DNA of 64,000 bases from Thermoplasmatota archaeon (GTDB lineage: Archaea; Thermoplasmatota; Penumbrarchaeia; Penumbrarchaeales; Penumbrarchaeaceae). Below the pieces are notes generated by a model that saw nothing but the letters and a program-made list of their open reading frames with translations, was not told where the DNA came from and did not search any database. The DNA is taken from NCBI GenBank assembly GCA_965234725.1, contig CBDDUX010000002.1:1-64000 (forward strand). The letters run 5' to 3'. A program made the position numbers and the translations under genes. This document shows positions 29,973 through 39,983 of this stretch, piece after piece (the stretch's first letter is position 1; each line of letters opens with the position of its first letter).

Positions 29973-30989
29973 TCATACCTTGGGGGCCAATCCAGTGCCG
30001 AACATGACCCTGTTCATGGCAAGGTAGAAAAGAAATGGCAATATGAATAGGAAGATGGAAGGCAACCATCCGACTGCGGGCATCATCACAATGATCAAAA
30101 ATAGGAATGAAAGGACCTCATGTTTGGCGAAAACCTTCAGCAGGTCCGATCTTTTTGTCTTTAGTTCCATTCTCAGATAGTTCAACGAATGAAGGAAAAC
30201 GGTGATGCCGATAACAGCTGATGCGATCACTATCCAATCTCCCCACCCGGCAATATCAGCAATGACAAGAGATGCGGCAGCACCGAAAAGAACGTATAAC
30301 ATCCTCAAAGCGGTCCCCCATATGATGATCCCCTTTCCGGGTCTCAGAATATTCTGTTCGTATCGAGCCCCTAACGTAACTGCAAGGGTCCTTGTCCCGG
30401 AGGTCCTGTCGTTCCTGACATCCTTCAATCCTCCTTCAACAGAATTGTTGAACAGGATCTGGAGTCCACCCAGGGTAGCTATTGCGATCGCTGGAAATGG
30501 CAGTCCTTCCACTTTCCCGGAGGAGAAAACACCCGCAAGTACAAGAAAGAACATCCAACCTGCCATGAAGATGTCCGATAATGGGAATCTTTTCCCCCAT
30601 AAATCGTAGATGGTACCGCAGACCGTCGCTGATCCGATGAAGATCAGCGGTATGAAGAAAGGATTGGAGAATAGTATGCCAGCAACTGCAAATGAAAGAA
30701 AGGAAAGAATGAGGAATGCGAAGGAGATGATGTATCCTTCCCTTTTTGAGATCCTTCCAGAAACAAGGGGTTTGTCATCAAGGTCAGGATTTCCCCTATC
30801 GACATCAAGGTCAATGATCTCATTTAAAGAAAAACCCCACACATGATGTAGAATGGCACCGATCACCACAAGTCCGACAGCAAAAGGGTCCCCTGAAAGA
30901 GCGATACATGCTGTGGCAGGGATGGCAGCAGTAACCATGGCTGTGTGTACCCTTCCCGACCTGAGGATGTCTAAAAAGGTGGGACTCAT
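29973..30989 (-). CDS. UbiA-family prenyltransferase
   Basis: NEIIDLDVD..KPLVSG and KDVRND..GTRTLA motifs; about 9 TM helices. Confidence 0.88.
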   Translation of the reverse strand: MSPTFLDILRSGRVHTAMVTAAIPATACIALSGDPFAVGLVVIGAILHHVWGFSLNEIIDLDVDRGNPDLDDKPLVSGRISKREGYIISFAFLILSFLSFAVAGILFSNPFFIPLIFIGSATVCGTIYDLWGKRFPLSDIFMAGWMFFLVLAGVFSSGKVEGLPFPAIAIATLGGLQILFNNSVEGGLKDVRNDRTSGTRTLAVTLGARYEQNILRPGKGIIIWGTALRMLYVLFGAAASLVIADIAGWGDWIVIASAVIGITVFLHSLNYLRMELKTKRSDLLKVFAKHEVLSFLFLIIVMMPAVGWLPSIFLFILPFLFYLAMNRVMFGTGLAPKV

Positions 30990-31109
30990 CAGTTGACCAA
31001 TGTCAACTCCATAGAAAAAGGCTTTTTATGAATAGGAAAAAATCAATATCATCCGAATAGAACGGAAATTCGAACTAAGGTCGGAACAAATTCATTAGAA
31101 GATCTGGGA

Positions 31110-32513
31110 TCACTGTCCCAGTTTCGAGGTGATCCTTCTGATCATGAATATGGCCTTGGAGGAGTTCGGGTCCAATTTCAGCAGTTCCTTGAACAGTGTC
31201 AAGGCCTCCTCCATTCTTCCTTCCTTGTAAGCATCCTTGGCCATTTCCATCAATTCATCCGGGGAATGACCGGAAAGGTTCGAAGGCTCCTCATCCGCAA
31301 TTGGAGCTTCTTCCAGTTTCTCCTCTACCTCGGGTTCCTGAACTTCCTCGGCTTCGGGGATCTCTTCTTGCAACTGAGGTTCTTCTTCCGCTACTGGGAT
31401 CTCCTCCTGTTGTGAAGGCACCTCTTCAGCTTCTGGGATGTCCTCCTGTTGGAGTGGCACCTCTTCCGCTTCCGGGATATCTTCCTGTTCTTGGGGTATC
31501 TCTTCAGAAGTCTCCTCCTCGGATCTCTCATCAGTGGATGTGGTATCCAAAGGAAGATCGGTTTCTTCTTGATCCTCATTATCAGGTGGGATCTCCTCAT
31601 CCTGTGGAGGGATCTCTTCTGGAGTTTTCTCGGATACTTCCTCCATGAGGGTGTCAGCTTTTTTCTGAATATCCCTGATCCTCAGAAGCTGGTTTTCAAC
31701 ATCCTGTGAAAGGTGGGGATATTGGAACTTAACTATCATTTCCTGGGCTTCCTGTTGGAATCCTGTGAGGTCCATTTCTTTGAAGAGCTCTTTGACCTTC
31801 TCCATCCTCTTGATGTCGACCTCGAACTGATCGACCTCCCTCTGAGCAACGTCACGGTCTTCAGCGATGGAATTCTTTAGCTTATCCACAAAATAACCCA
31901 TCTCCTCCCAGTTGGATATCCTGGATAGAAGGGGGTCCTCCTCTATTTCCAGGGAAAAAGCGTCACCGATCTCATTAAGGTCGTCCAGGAGATCATCAAG
32001 AGCATTTTCATCTACGGTGATAGGCCCGGATTCCTTCCCACCATTCTTTTTCAGTTTTTTGGATTTTTCCTTCAAAGATTTTGAAAGCTTTCTTCCGGGT
32101 TCACCCCTTTTCCCATGGCCAACATCATGTTCGGTGTGGGCCCTATCTCGAAGTTCTTCCACCCATTTGGTTACCTGATCAGCCTTTGAAGGGTCTTTGA
32201 TATTCTCATTGATCGTCTCGATCTCATTTGTATAACCATACCCCTCCAGGGTTCTCAGAACTGTCTGTGCCGAGTTCAGGTCCTTTACAGATGATCTATA
32301 ATCGGAGATCCCTTTCATGATCTTATCAGGTTTCATCCCCTTCAATTTCTTCAATGGTTCAACGTTCAGACCCTGTGCCTGGTATCTCTCAATATTGACC
32401 AAAAGCTCAGCTTCGGCCTTGTTCTCGTTATCTTCTGGACCTTCTTTCTTTTCAAGACCGAAGTTCTTTGCGATAAGGTCCTTCATTCCCTTTCCTAGTG
32501 CTGCTTTACCCAT
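31110..32513 (-). CDS. ParA-partner protein: Spo0J-like N-terminal peptide, duplicated helical module, acidic repeats, C-terminal TPR
   Basis: MGKAALGKGMKDLI start overlapping parA stop; AKDAYKEGRMEEALTLFKELLKLDPNS TPR; no ParB GxxRxxA motif. Confidence 0.75.
   Translation of the reverse strand: MGKAALGKGMKDLIAKNFGLEKKEGPEDNENKAEAELLVNIERYQAQGLNVEPLKKLKGMKPDKIMKGISDYRSSVKDLNSAQTVLRTLEGYGYTNEIETINENIKDPSKADQVTKWVEELRDRAHTEHDVGHGKRGEPGRKLSKSLKEKSKKLKKNGGKESGPITVDENALDDLLDDLNEIGDAFSLEIEEDPLLSRISNWEEMGYFVDKLKNSIAEDRDVAQREVDQFEVDIKRMEKVKELFKEMDLTGFQQEAQEMIVKFQYPHLSQDVENQLLRIRDIQKKADTLMEEVSEKTPEEIPPQDEEIPPDNEDQEETDLPLDTTSTDERSEEETSEEIPQEQEDIPEAEEVPLQQEDIPEAEEVPSQQEEIPVAEEEPQLQEEIPEAEEVQEPEVEEKLEEAPIADEEPSNLSGHSPDELMEMAKDAYKEGRMEEALTLFKELLKLDPNSSKAIFMIRRITSKLGQ
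31343..31498 (-). repeat. Coding 39-bp (13-aa) tandem repeat, about 4 copies
   Basis: QEDIPEAEEVPLQ / QEDIPEAEEVPSQ / QEEIPVAEEEPQL / QEEIPEAEEVQ. Confidence 0.85.
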
Positions 32514-33267
32514 GAGCAATCACTTCTCTGGCCAGATCCATGTAGGTCTGAGCTCCCGTCGATTCAGGTGCATAGAGAATGGAGGGTTTTCCAAACGACG
32601 GAGCCTCTCCGAGTTTGACATTCCTCGGAATGATCGTTTTATAAACTTTATCACCAAAATAGTTCTTGACCTCTGCAACAACCTGCTTTGAAAGGTTGGT
32701 CCTCCTGTCGAACATGGTCATTACAATACCTTCGATGGTCAGATCAGGATTGAGGTTCTTCTGGACCAGGAAGATGGTATCAAGCAGTTCAGACATACCT
32801 TCCAGGGCGAAGTATTCGCACTGGAGGGGGATCATGACCGATTCGGCGGCGGTGAGGTTGTTCAATGTGATAAGACCCAAAGAAGGTGGAGAGTCGATAA
32901 GGATGAAATCATATTCATCCTCTACTTCCTTCAAGGCATTCTTCAGGATCCTTTCCCTCTCCGGAACATTTACAAGTTCAACAGAGGCTCCTGCAAGATT
33001 GATGTTGGAACCTATAAGGTCCAGGTTCTCCAGATCTGTATGGAGGATGGAATCTCTGATCCCGCACTGGGATGTCAGGACCTCATAGATAGTGTACTCG
33101 AGCTCGTTCTTGTCGAAGCCCAGACCGGAAGTGGTGTTACCCTGAGTATCCGTATCGATGAGGAGGGACCTCTTGCCGAGAAAGGAGAGAGAAGCTGACA
33201 GATTGATGGCTGTGGTGGTCTTTCCCACACCTCCTTTCTGGTTAACGATGGTGATTATTCGTGCCAT
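32506..33267 (-). CDS. parA: Soj/ParA-family ATPase (bacterial chromosomal type)
   Basis: Deviant Walker A NQKGGVGKTTT, DTDTQGN, IDSPPSLG, QCEYFALEG, IPRNVKLGEAPSFG. Confidence 0.95.
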   Translation of the reverse strand: MARIITIVNQKGGVGKTTTAINLSASLSFLGKRSLLIDTDTQGNTTSGLGFDKNELEYTIYEVLTSQCGIRDSILHTDLENLDLIGSNINLAGASVELVNVPERERILKNALKEVEDEYDFILIDSPPSLGLITLNNLTAAESVMIPLQCEYFALEGMSELLDTIFLVQKNLNPDLTIEGIVMTMFDRRTNLSKQVVAEVKNYFGDKVYKTIIPRNVKLGEAPSFGKPSILYAPESTGAQTYMDLAREVIAHG

Positions 33268-33395
33268 TCACATCCCCTGGTTCTTATTAAACAATTATCA
33301 TTTAGTCCCAAGTTATCGAGACTATATTTATGTTTTGGGCAAATTCACACTAATGGAAAAATGACCCTGGAGAGGCATTATTAATTGATTTTCTT

Positions 33396-35020
33396 GGCAC
33401 ACCGGAGAATTCTAGTGATTTGAGTGTTTTCAGATGAACAACGATTGAATAAGACCGAAAATTCATTTGTTGAAAACAATTTTTACAGCCGAATTTCAAT
33501 GACTGATCAATTTCAAATCAAAATTTCATTCAAATCCGAATTGTCAAGGTGGCACAAGCTGGTATAAAGGAAGATGTTGAATACATATCAGGTCAAGTCA
33601 ATAATCGAAACGGTATCAAAGATCCAATTATTTCCATCATGGATGGACCATCATACTTCAACAAACCAGCTCTTTTCATCGCATACAATTTCCATTGCCT
33701 TAGAAGTCCAGTATTCTTTCTATGCTGTTTCTTCTTGACCTGTTTGCAACTGCATGAATAGTAATTCTCAATTGGATTGTTAGTTGCAGGAGCACCATCA
33801 AAATGATAGAATGCAGTTAATCGGTCCCAATCATGCTCGATCATCAATATTCGTTTTCGGACAGATACACTAAACTCATTCAATCGGACTTTCAATCTAT
33901 CCAGGTTTGATATTGCTTCATTCAGGGACCACATCTTCATTCTATCAGGAATTCTCATCCGTTTGCAGTTCTTTCTTCTCTTTTTCTCAATGCTTCTAAC
34001 AAATTCATGGAACTCTTCTCTCTGGTCCAACAACCATCTGTTGTATCCTTTTTCATGTCTGGACAAATATCTCAGTTCCCTTTTCACAGCTAACTTGAGA
34101 TACTCGATCTCTTCTGTTCTGTCGTAGAATATATTCAGAAGTTCATATTTGATCAGTTCGTTCTTAAATGAACAGTTCCTGTGAAAATCCTTGACGATGT
34201 TCTTGTTCAAGTGAAGAAGACAATGCTGGTGAAGTATATACCCAGGTCTGATTTCGTCAAGTATATCGTTGTACATCCTCAGATGGTCTGTGATAATGAA
34301 TATTATTTTATCCTTTGGCAGATGCCTGTCCAGGAAATCTCTCACAATATAACTATTCAATTCGGTAGCCAATTCTTCAACTATCATTTGCCTGGTCTTT
34401 CCATCGAGTAATGAAAGCCGATATTTCTGGGTTCTGCCTTTCTTTGGATGCTGTTCATCATAATGAAATATCTCAAGATCTGATTCTATATCGATCTCTG
34501 CACCATCAACTGCTCTTTGATGAATGTTTCTTACAGTGTCAGGTGATAATTGAATGAATGGTGATAATGTCTCTGATATGTTCTCGAATGATAGGTATCC
34601 AATTCTCATATTGAGTATCATGTGATTTATTGCTTTCATGAATGTTGATATCAATCCTTTGATGATCTCATTTTACATCTCATGGTTGGATTTACATATC
34701 TGACATCTGTATCTTTGAGTATTAATTTTGCCGATTTTATCTTTGCCGTGTTTGTTGAACCCATTCAACACCATTTTCTCATTACATGTGGGACAAAAAA
34801 CACCTATTGTATATTGCAATACATTATTGTGAGATAAAATGAGATCTTCATCATAATCCTTGAGTGAGTTGATAATATTCTCTGCAGCCAAAAAGTTATT
34901 AAGATTTGTTTTAATTACATTCATTGATATACATCCTGTTGATTATTTGTATATTGTTGCTATTATCCAAATACCAACGATGTATATCACTTTTTCATCA
35001 CTAATTAATTAGGGTGTGCC
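33396..35020 (-). mobile_element. Insertion sequence (ISNCY, ISM1-like), 1625 bp
   Basis: Imperfect terminal IRs GGCACACC-N9-TAGTGAT; 9-bp direct repeat gattttctt at 33387-33395 and 35021-35029; AT-richer than flanks. Confidence 0.85.
33593..34924 (-). pseudogene. DDE transposase interrupted by one in-frame TAA
   Basis: ORFs 34673-34924 (CPTC...CQIC) and 33593-34654 (YDEQH, ITDH, QHCLLH, ATNNPIENYYS) are in frame: SNHEM*NEIIKGLIST. Confidence 0.85.
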
Positions 35021-35115
35021 GATTTTCTTCAAAGGATCGAATTTCCTTGGCTGGACCCTTTTCAAGTATCGTTTTTTCATCATTTTCTTTGAAAAGTGAC
35101 CGTTCAAATATTTGC

Positions 35116-36633
35116 TCATCTCTTGCAAAGGGCCTTCTCGCAGTAGCATTTGTAATTTGCCTCATCAAGAACCTGACCCACCGGAGTAGGGTACTGTCTA
35201 TTGAGACATGCCATACAGATCGTGTCCCTGTCGAGGCCAAGAGCGGAGATCAATCCGTCGTGGGACATATAGATCAGAGAATCAGCATTTATCCTTTCGG
35301 CAATCTCATCATTCGACTTTTCGGAAAGGACCCCTCCATGGATATGGTCTTGATATGGGGAGGCTATCAGTTCCTCGAAGGATCTCATGTCTATTCCGTA
35401 ATAGCAGGGTGCAATTATCGGAGGAGTAGCGATCCTGACATGAACTTCCTTGGCCCCTCCGACTTCCCTTAAATGGTATTTAACTAGGGTTTCCATAGTA
35501 GTGGATCTGACGATCGAATCATCGATGACAATTACCTTTTTCCCCCGTATCACCGATGGTATCGGGAGGAATTTCCTCCTGACCTTCATGGACCTGTCTC
35601 CTTCATCAATGAAGGTCCTTCCCTTTCCTACAGCTATCAGTCCCTCCTCGTATATATGAGGGAAACCAATAGCTTTGGCATAGGAATTTGCTATAGGTCT
35701 GGCAGTGTTGGGTACAGGGATGACCACCCATTCGTTATCATTCAAATTCTGGGTCTCTATCTTGGCCAGCTCCTCACCGCATCTTTTCCTTGTTTCATAG
35801 ACCGATCTGCCATTGATATTTGAGGTGACCGCAGCGAAATAGATGTATTCGAAGAAACATTGCGCCCTTCTCCGGGGTTCGCAATATTTCATATGAGTTA
35901 TTTCTCCATCCACAAGGACAGCCATTTCACCTGGTCCAATATGATGGATATTTTCTGTTCCCTGCCTATACAACGCACAGGTCTCGGAAGCCACAAATGC
36001 TCCTCTTTCGGTTTGTATGGACGAAAGCGGCCTTATACCCCATGGATCCCTCATGACCGCCAGATTTCCTTTTGCATCTATGAAGACAATGTTATAGGCC
36101 CCATCGAAATCTTGAGAAAGCCTGGAGAAGACCTCTTTGATATCCCCCTTGGTATCTGAAATGTGCCGGGACATGTAGTGCATCATGACCTCGGTGTCAG
36201 TGTTAAGCATCAGGTGGTATCCCACTCGTTTGATCCTCTCTTCAAGGTCTATCCTATTGGTTATATGACCGTTGAATCCAAATGAGAACCATTTCAATCT
36301 TTCCCCATGTATCCTTTCGAAAGGCTGGACATGTCTGGATGTCAGTTCACCAGATGTTCCATACCTGGTATGCCCTATTCCAATTGATCCAGCGTATTTT
36401 GACATAAGATCGTGGAAAAGCTCCTCGTCCATACCTCCGAAAACATCTTTCACAAGACCAGTAGCCTTGTATGTCCTTAAGAGGATGGATCTTTCCGGAT
36501 TATAAGTGGATATCCCTGCTCCAGCCTGTCCTCTATGCTGAAGGTCGCTCATCATCTGGTAGAGATCATATGCAGCGTTCTCTCCCGGGATGCTTGCTGC
36601 GCAGATACCGCATGAATCGTGTTTATCGTCCAT
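35116..36633 (-). CDS. purF: Amidophosphoribosyltransferase
   Basis: Propeptide then CGI, QHRGQ, GHTRYGT, CFFEYIYF, IDDSIVRSTT, CYYGIDM, CMAC. Confidence 0.96.
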   Translation of the reverse strand: MDDKHDSCGICAASIPGENAAYDLYQMMSDLQHRGQAGAGISTYNPERSILLRTYKATGLVKDVFGGMDEELFHDLMSKYAGSIGIGHTRYGTSGELTSRHVQPFERIHGERLKWFSFGFNGHITNRIDLEERIKRVGYHLMLNTDTEVMMHYMSRHISDTKGDIKEVFSRLSQDFDGAYNIVFIDAKGNLAVMRDPWGIRPLSSIQTERGAFVASETCALYRQGTENIHHIGPGEMAVLVDGEITHMKYCEPRRRAQCFFEYIYFAAVTSNINGRSVYETRKRCGEELAKIETQNLNDNEWVVIPVPNTARPIANSYAKAIGFPHIYEEGLIAVGKGRTFIDEGDRSMKVRRKFLPIPSVIRGKKVIVIDDSIVRSTTMETLVKYHLREVGGAKEVHVRIATPPIIAPCYYGIDMRSFEELIASPYQDHIHGGVLSEKSNDEIAERINADSLIYMSHDGLISALGLDRDTICMACLNRQYPTPVGQVLDEANYKCYCEKALCKR

Positions 36634-36695
36634 ATCGTTTCACCATCCCGGGCGCGGGAAATGAACGGTTCATTATACCAGCTTCACCTATATTT

Positions 36696-37376
36696 CTATC
36701 GCAGAAGACCTTCTGCCAGTGAGAGCAGGACTCCTTCCGGGTCCTTTGATTTTACAACGCCTGAAGCCAGGAGAACACCTTCAGTCCCAAGTTCAAGTGC
36801 CATTCTAACATCCTCTTTTGTTTTAACACCCGCTCCGGTCAGCACACGGACATGAGGATCTATCTTCCTCACTTCTTCTACCGTCACTTTGACAATACCG
36901 GGATCCGCCGATGTAACAGAGATATCCCCTCCAATGAGTTCTGGAGGCTCCATTGCCACGAAATCAGGACCGAGTGCAGCAGCACCCCTGGAAGTATTGA
37001 CATTATTGGAGCATACAACTGTCAGGAGGTCCAGCTCTTTTGATTTGGAGATCAAGGATTCGATGTCTGCTATCAGGCGTCTCGATTCAGAATGGTTTAT
37101 CAGGAGCCCTTTTGCCCCTGCTGCCTTGATCTCGGTCAAGGTGACTCCGCCTGTCTTTACGGAACCGTCCCAGATGTCCACATTCTGCGCAATGACAGGT
37201 ATATCAACTTCGGAAGCGATTCTTGATAATTCTACCTGGGGTGGGCAGATAGCAATAGATGCACCGGTCTCCTTTTCGACCTTTTGACAGATCCTTGCAA
37301 GGTCAAGAGATCCGACGCCATCCACCTGGGAATAAGTCTTGCAGTTCAAAATGATCACAGGAAGGTCCAAGATCAT
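36696..37376 (-). CDS. tpiA: Triosephosphate isomerase (archaeal type)
   Basis: NCKTY, LINHSE, MEPPELIG, LTGAGV, GVLLASG. Confidence 0.95.
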   Translation of the reverse strand: MILDLPVIILNCKTYSQVDGVGSLDLARICQKVEKETGASIAICPPQVELSRIASEVDIPVIAQNVDIWDGSVKTGGVTLTEIKAAGAKGLLINHSESRRLIADIESLISKSKELDLLTVVCSNNVNTSRGAAALGPDFVAMEPPELIGGDISVTSADPGIVKVTVEEVRKIDPHVRVLTGAGVKTKEDVRMALELGTEGVLLASGVVKSKDPEGVLLSLAEGLLR

Positions 37377-38515
37377 CCCTCCTCCCATCTTTCTCTGACC
37401 TTGGAAGCCATTCCCATGGAACTGAATGCTTTTAGGAATAATGTTGTCTCCGCATAAGCTACCGCTTCCAGAGCCCTTAACGTATCCGAACCAAGGTTAT
37501 GGTTCCTCTCCAGGAAAGGTTTGAAGGCTTTCTTTGCGTTCTTGACAAAGATGACTTCTGGTGGTTTTCCAGGATTTTTCGACTCATATTTCTGAATCAC
37601 CCATTCCTTCATGTCCGAATAAAGTTCGGGTTCGAATATCTTGATGACATCATAGAAAACATTCTGCCAATGGGTTCCAACATTACCCTTCAGAATATCC
37701 CCTTTCGGAAAATGCAGGTTAATGGTCTCCCTGGGAGTACCTGTGATTCCATGCTGTGCGATCCTGACATCCAAACCAGCTTTTTTAATAGCATTCACCA
37801 CGGCTATCGTTTGGGGGATGTCCACTGAAACCTGGGGAATGACCTTGCCGTTCTCATCGATCGTATTGCCATGGGCGGATCCATTTGCGATGGCCAGCAG
37901 ATTGGGTTCGATCCCATTCTCCTTGAGAGCGGAAAGGAATGTCACGGCTTCCTCAGGTGATGTTAGGACCCTTCCGGTTGCGTCCGTTTTACCGATCTCA
38001 CCGACCTCCACCTCGAGACCGTAGGTTCTATCGCCCATGTTATCGTGAATGAACCTTGCTATCTCCGTTGTGCATCTTATGTTCTCGGCTAGCTCCTCCC
38101 TTAGGTCCTTCCCCTTGAAATCGAAAAGGTGGGAAGCATCGATCGCGAATGATGTGAAACCAGCATCGATCTGATGTTTGATCAATTTCTTTGTATCTTC
38201 AATGTCCTCTTGATCACCCTTTTTGATCGATATATGGTCTGCATGGATGATATATAGATCATGTCCGACCTCCCTGGCCACATCAGTTATATCCTGGAAA
38301 TATTTCTCTGGTGTCATGCCAGTGTATCCACCTGTTAGGTCCGATTCTGATCTGGCGATCTCGAAGATAATGGGAGAATCCGCATCCTTGGCTGCTTTCA
38401 TGATACCCTTGGCAACACCTCTTGTCATCCTGACATTGCAGGCCATGATTATTGTCCTTTCACTGCTCAAGGCTTTAAAAACAACATTGCCCGGGACGGC
38501 TCCTTTTCCATTCAT
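37373..38515 (-). CDS. fba: Class II fructose-bisphosphate aldolase
   Basis: HADH, AIDASH, EVEVGEIG, ANGSAHG, AQHGITG, KGNVGT. Confidence 0.9.
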   Translation of the reverse strand: MNGKGAVPGNVVFKALSSERTIIMACNVRMTRGVAKGIMKAAKDADSPIIFEIARSESDLTGGYTGMTPEKYFQDITDVAREVGHDLYIIHADHISIKKGDQEDIEDTKKLIKHQIDAGFTSFAIDASHLFDFKGKDLREELAENIRCTTEIARFIHDNMGDRTYGLEVEVGEIGKTDATGRVLTSPEEAVTFLSALKENGIEPNLLAIANGSAHGNTIDENGKVIPQVSVDIPQTIAVVNAIKKAGLDVRIAQHGITGTPRETINLHFPKGDILKGNVGTHWQNVFYDVIKIFEPELYSDMKEWVIQKYESKNPGKPPEVIFVKNAKKAFKPFLERNHNLGSDTLRALEAVAYAETTLFLKAFSSMGMASKVRERWEEG

Positions 38516-39438
38516 TCGACATCCTCCTTTGAGCTTTCTTCATGGATCATTTCTATCTCCTTCCTTCCCCCTATGTAGATCGGAACCCTTTGGTCGAGCC
38601 TTTCCGGGATAATTGAAAGGATATCGGTCCTTCCATCGGACACTGCCCCTCCAGCTTGGGAAACGATATATCCCATAGGTATTGCCTCAAATAGAAGCCT
38701 AAGCTTTCCGCTTTTCCCTCCATTATATGCCGGGTAAGTGAAAACCCCTCCCTTATGGATTATCTGATGGACGTCTGCAACAAATGCTCCACAGAACCTA
38801 AGTTTATAACCCTCCTTTTCCAACCGTTCAATGAACCTAACATGGTATGGAAGCCATTCCTTCCTAAGGGCACCTGGTGAGAAAATCTTCTTGGGCCCTA
38901 TCTTCAAGTCTTCATGCTGTAGAATGAAATCTCCATTCCTGTCCAGAACGAATTCATGCACTCCATTTCCGACCGAATAGGTAAGGGTCGTCAATGGTCC
39001 GTAAAGGATATACATTGCACCGGCGAGGTCGGATCCTTTGACGAAGGGGTGAGATGATCGGAAGATGCCGACGATGGTACCTACAGTAAGGTTGATACCC
39101 ATCAGGGACGACCCGTCAAGGGGGTCGAAGGTGATGGAGAACCTACCATCAGGGTGACAGTCGATCACCTCATCCCTTTCCTCCGAGGAAAGCGAGGCGA
39201 CCGATGGAAGGTCCCTCAATCGGTCCACAAGGATCTTGTCAGCCCATTTATCCATCTCTACCTGTGTCTCACCATACATATTCTTTGTTCCAGCCACACC
39301 CTGGTTCTCGAGGAACCCGTCCCTTATCCTTTTTCCAAGTTCGGATATGCAGAGTATCAGTTCCCTCAGTTCAATGTCCTTTCCGGGTATATGCTCTCCA
39401 AGTAACGTTGAATCGCCCCCTGTCCTATGGACAGTCAC
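38512..39438 (-). CDS. fbp: Class I fructose-1,6-bisphosphatase
   Basis: SEE, FDPLDGSS, VGTIVGI, GGVFTYP, KLRLLFE. Confidence 0.93.
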   Translation of the reverse strand: MTVHRTGGDSTLLGEHIPGKDIELRELILCISELGKRIRDGFLENQGVAGTKNMYGETQVEMDKWADKILVDRLRDLPSVASLSSEERDEVIDCHPDGRFSITFDPLDGSSLMGINLTVGTIVGIFRSSHPFVKGSDLAGAMYILYGPLTTLTYSVGNGVHEFVLDRNGDFILQHEDLKIGPKKIFSPGALRKEWLPYHVRFIERLEKEGYKLRFCGAFVADVHQIIHKGGVFTYPAYNGGKSGKLRLLFEAIPMGYIVSQAGGAVSDGRTDILSIIPERLDQRVPIYIGGRKEIEMIHEESSKEDVE

Positions 39439-39481
39439 AGAAGAGAGGAGGGTTATTTATGGATTTCCGGAGGGATTATGA

Positions 39482-39856
39482 TCATTCCTTGACCTCAATG
39501 AACATCGATTCGGTATCGGACAAACCCTTCTTATCGGTCACGGTCAGAACGATCGTATAATTGCCAGGTCTAGAAAAAGAGAACTCGAAGGAGTGCTGAT
39601 TGGTTTCAAAGGTGTCTATTATTCCCCAAGAAAACTCAAGATCATCATCGGGTCCATCGGGGTCTATGGAACCTGAACCATCGATGGTAACCGGAACGTT
39701 AGCCCTGATCTCTTCTGATGGGATCTCTATCACTGCTTTTGGGGCTTCGTCATTGTCAAGGGATATGAAGATCAGAATTCCTACAGATGCGGTGACTATT
39801 GCTGCTGCCATCAGACCGGGGAGGAACATTTTCAGCTCCTTTACCGGAAATCTCAT
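39482..39856 (-). CDS. Membrane-anchored PKD-domain protein
   Basis: TM helix then DGSGSIDPDG...FSW...PGNYTIVLTVTD. Confidence 0.8.
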   Translation of the reverse strand: MRFPVKELKMFLPGLMAAAIVTASVGILIFISLDNDEAPKAVIEIPSEEIRANVPVTIDGSGSIDPDGPDDDLEFSWGIIDTFETNQHSFEFSFSRPGNYTIVLTVTDKKGLSDTESMFIEVKE

Positions 39857-39983
39857 AGATACTGATCTCGACGGAGATATAATTCCTTTCCCCCCTAAAC
39901 CGCTGACCTGGGAAAGGATCGGATAAGATGGGAAAATGAAAAACATCCCCCTGTTTTAAATCGATCAGAAGATATGACCCTCT

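Noticed and set aside
31110-32513. Canonical parB/spo0J call
   Set aside because: Only the N-terminal peptide resembles ParB; no CTPase motif or HTH, and no parS seen
33591-35057. Alternative IS ends ggtcaagtcaa / ttggctggacc
   Set aside because: Short imperfect match with no flanking duplication; the ends at 33396 and 35020 have a perfect 9-bp duplication
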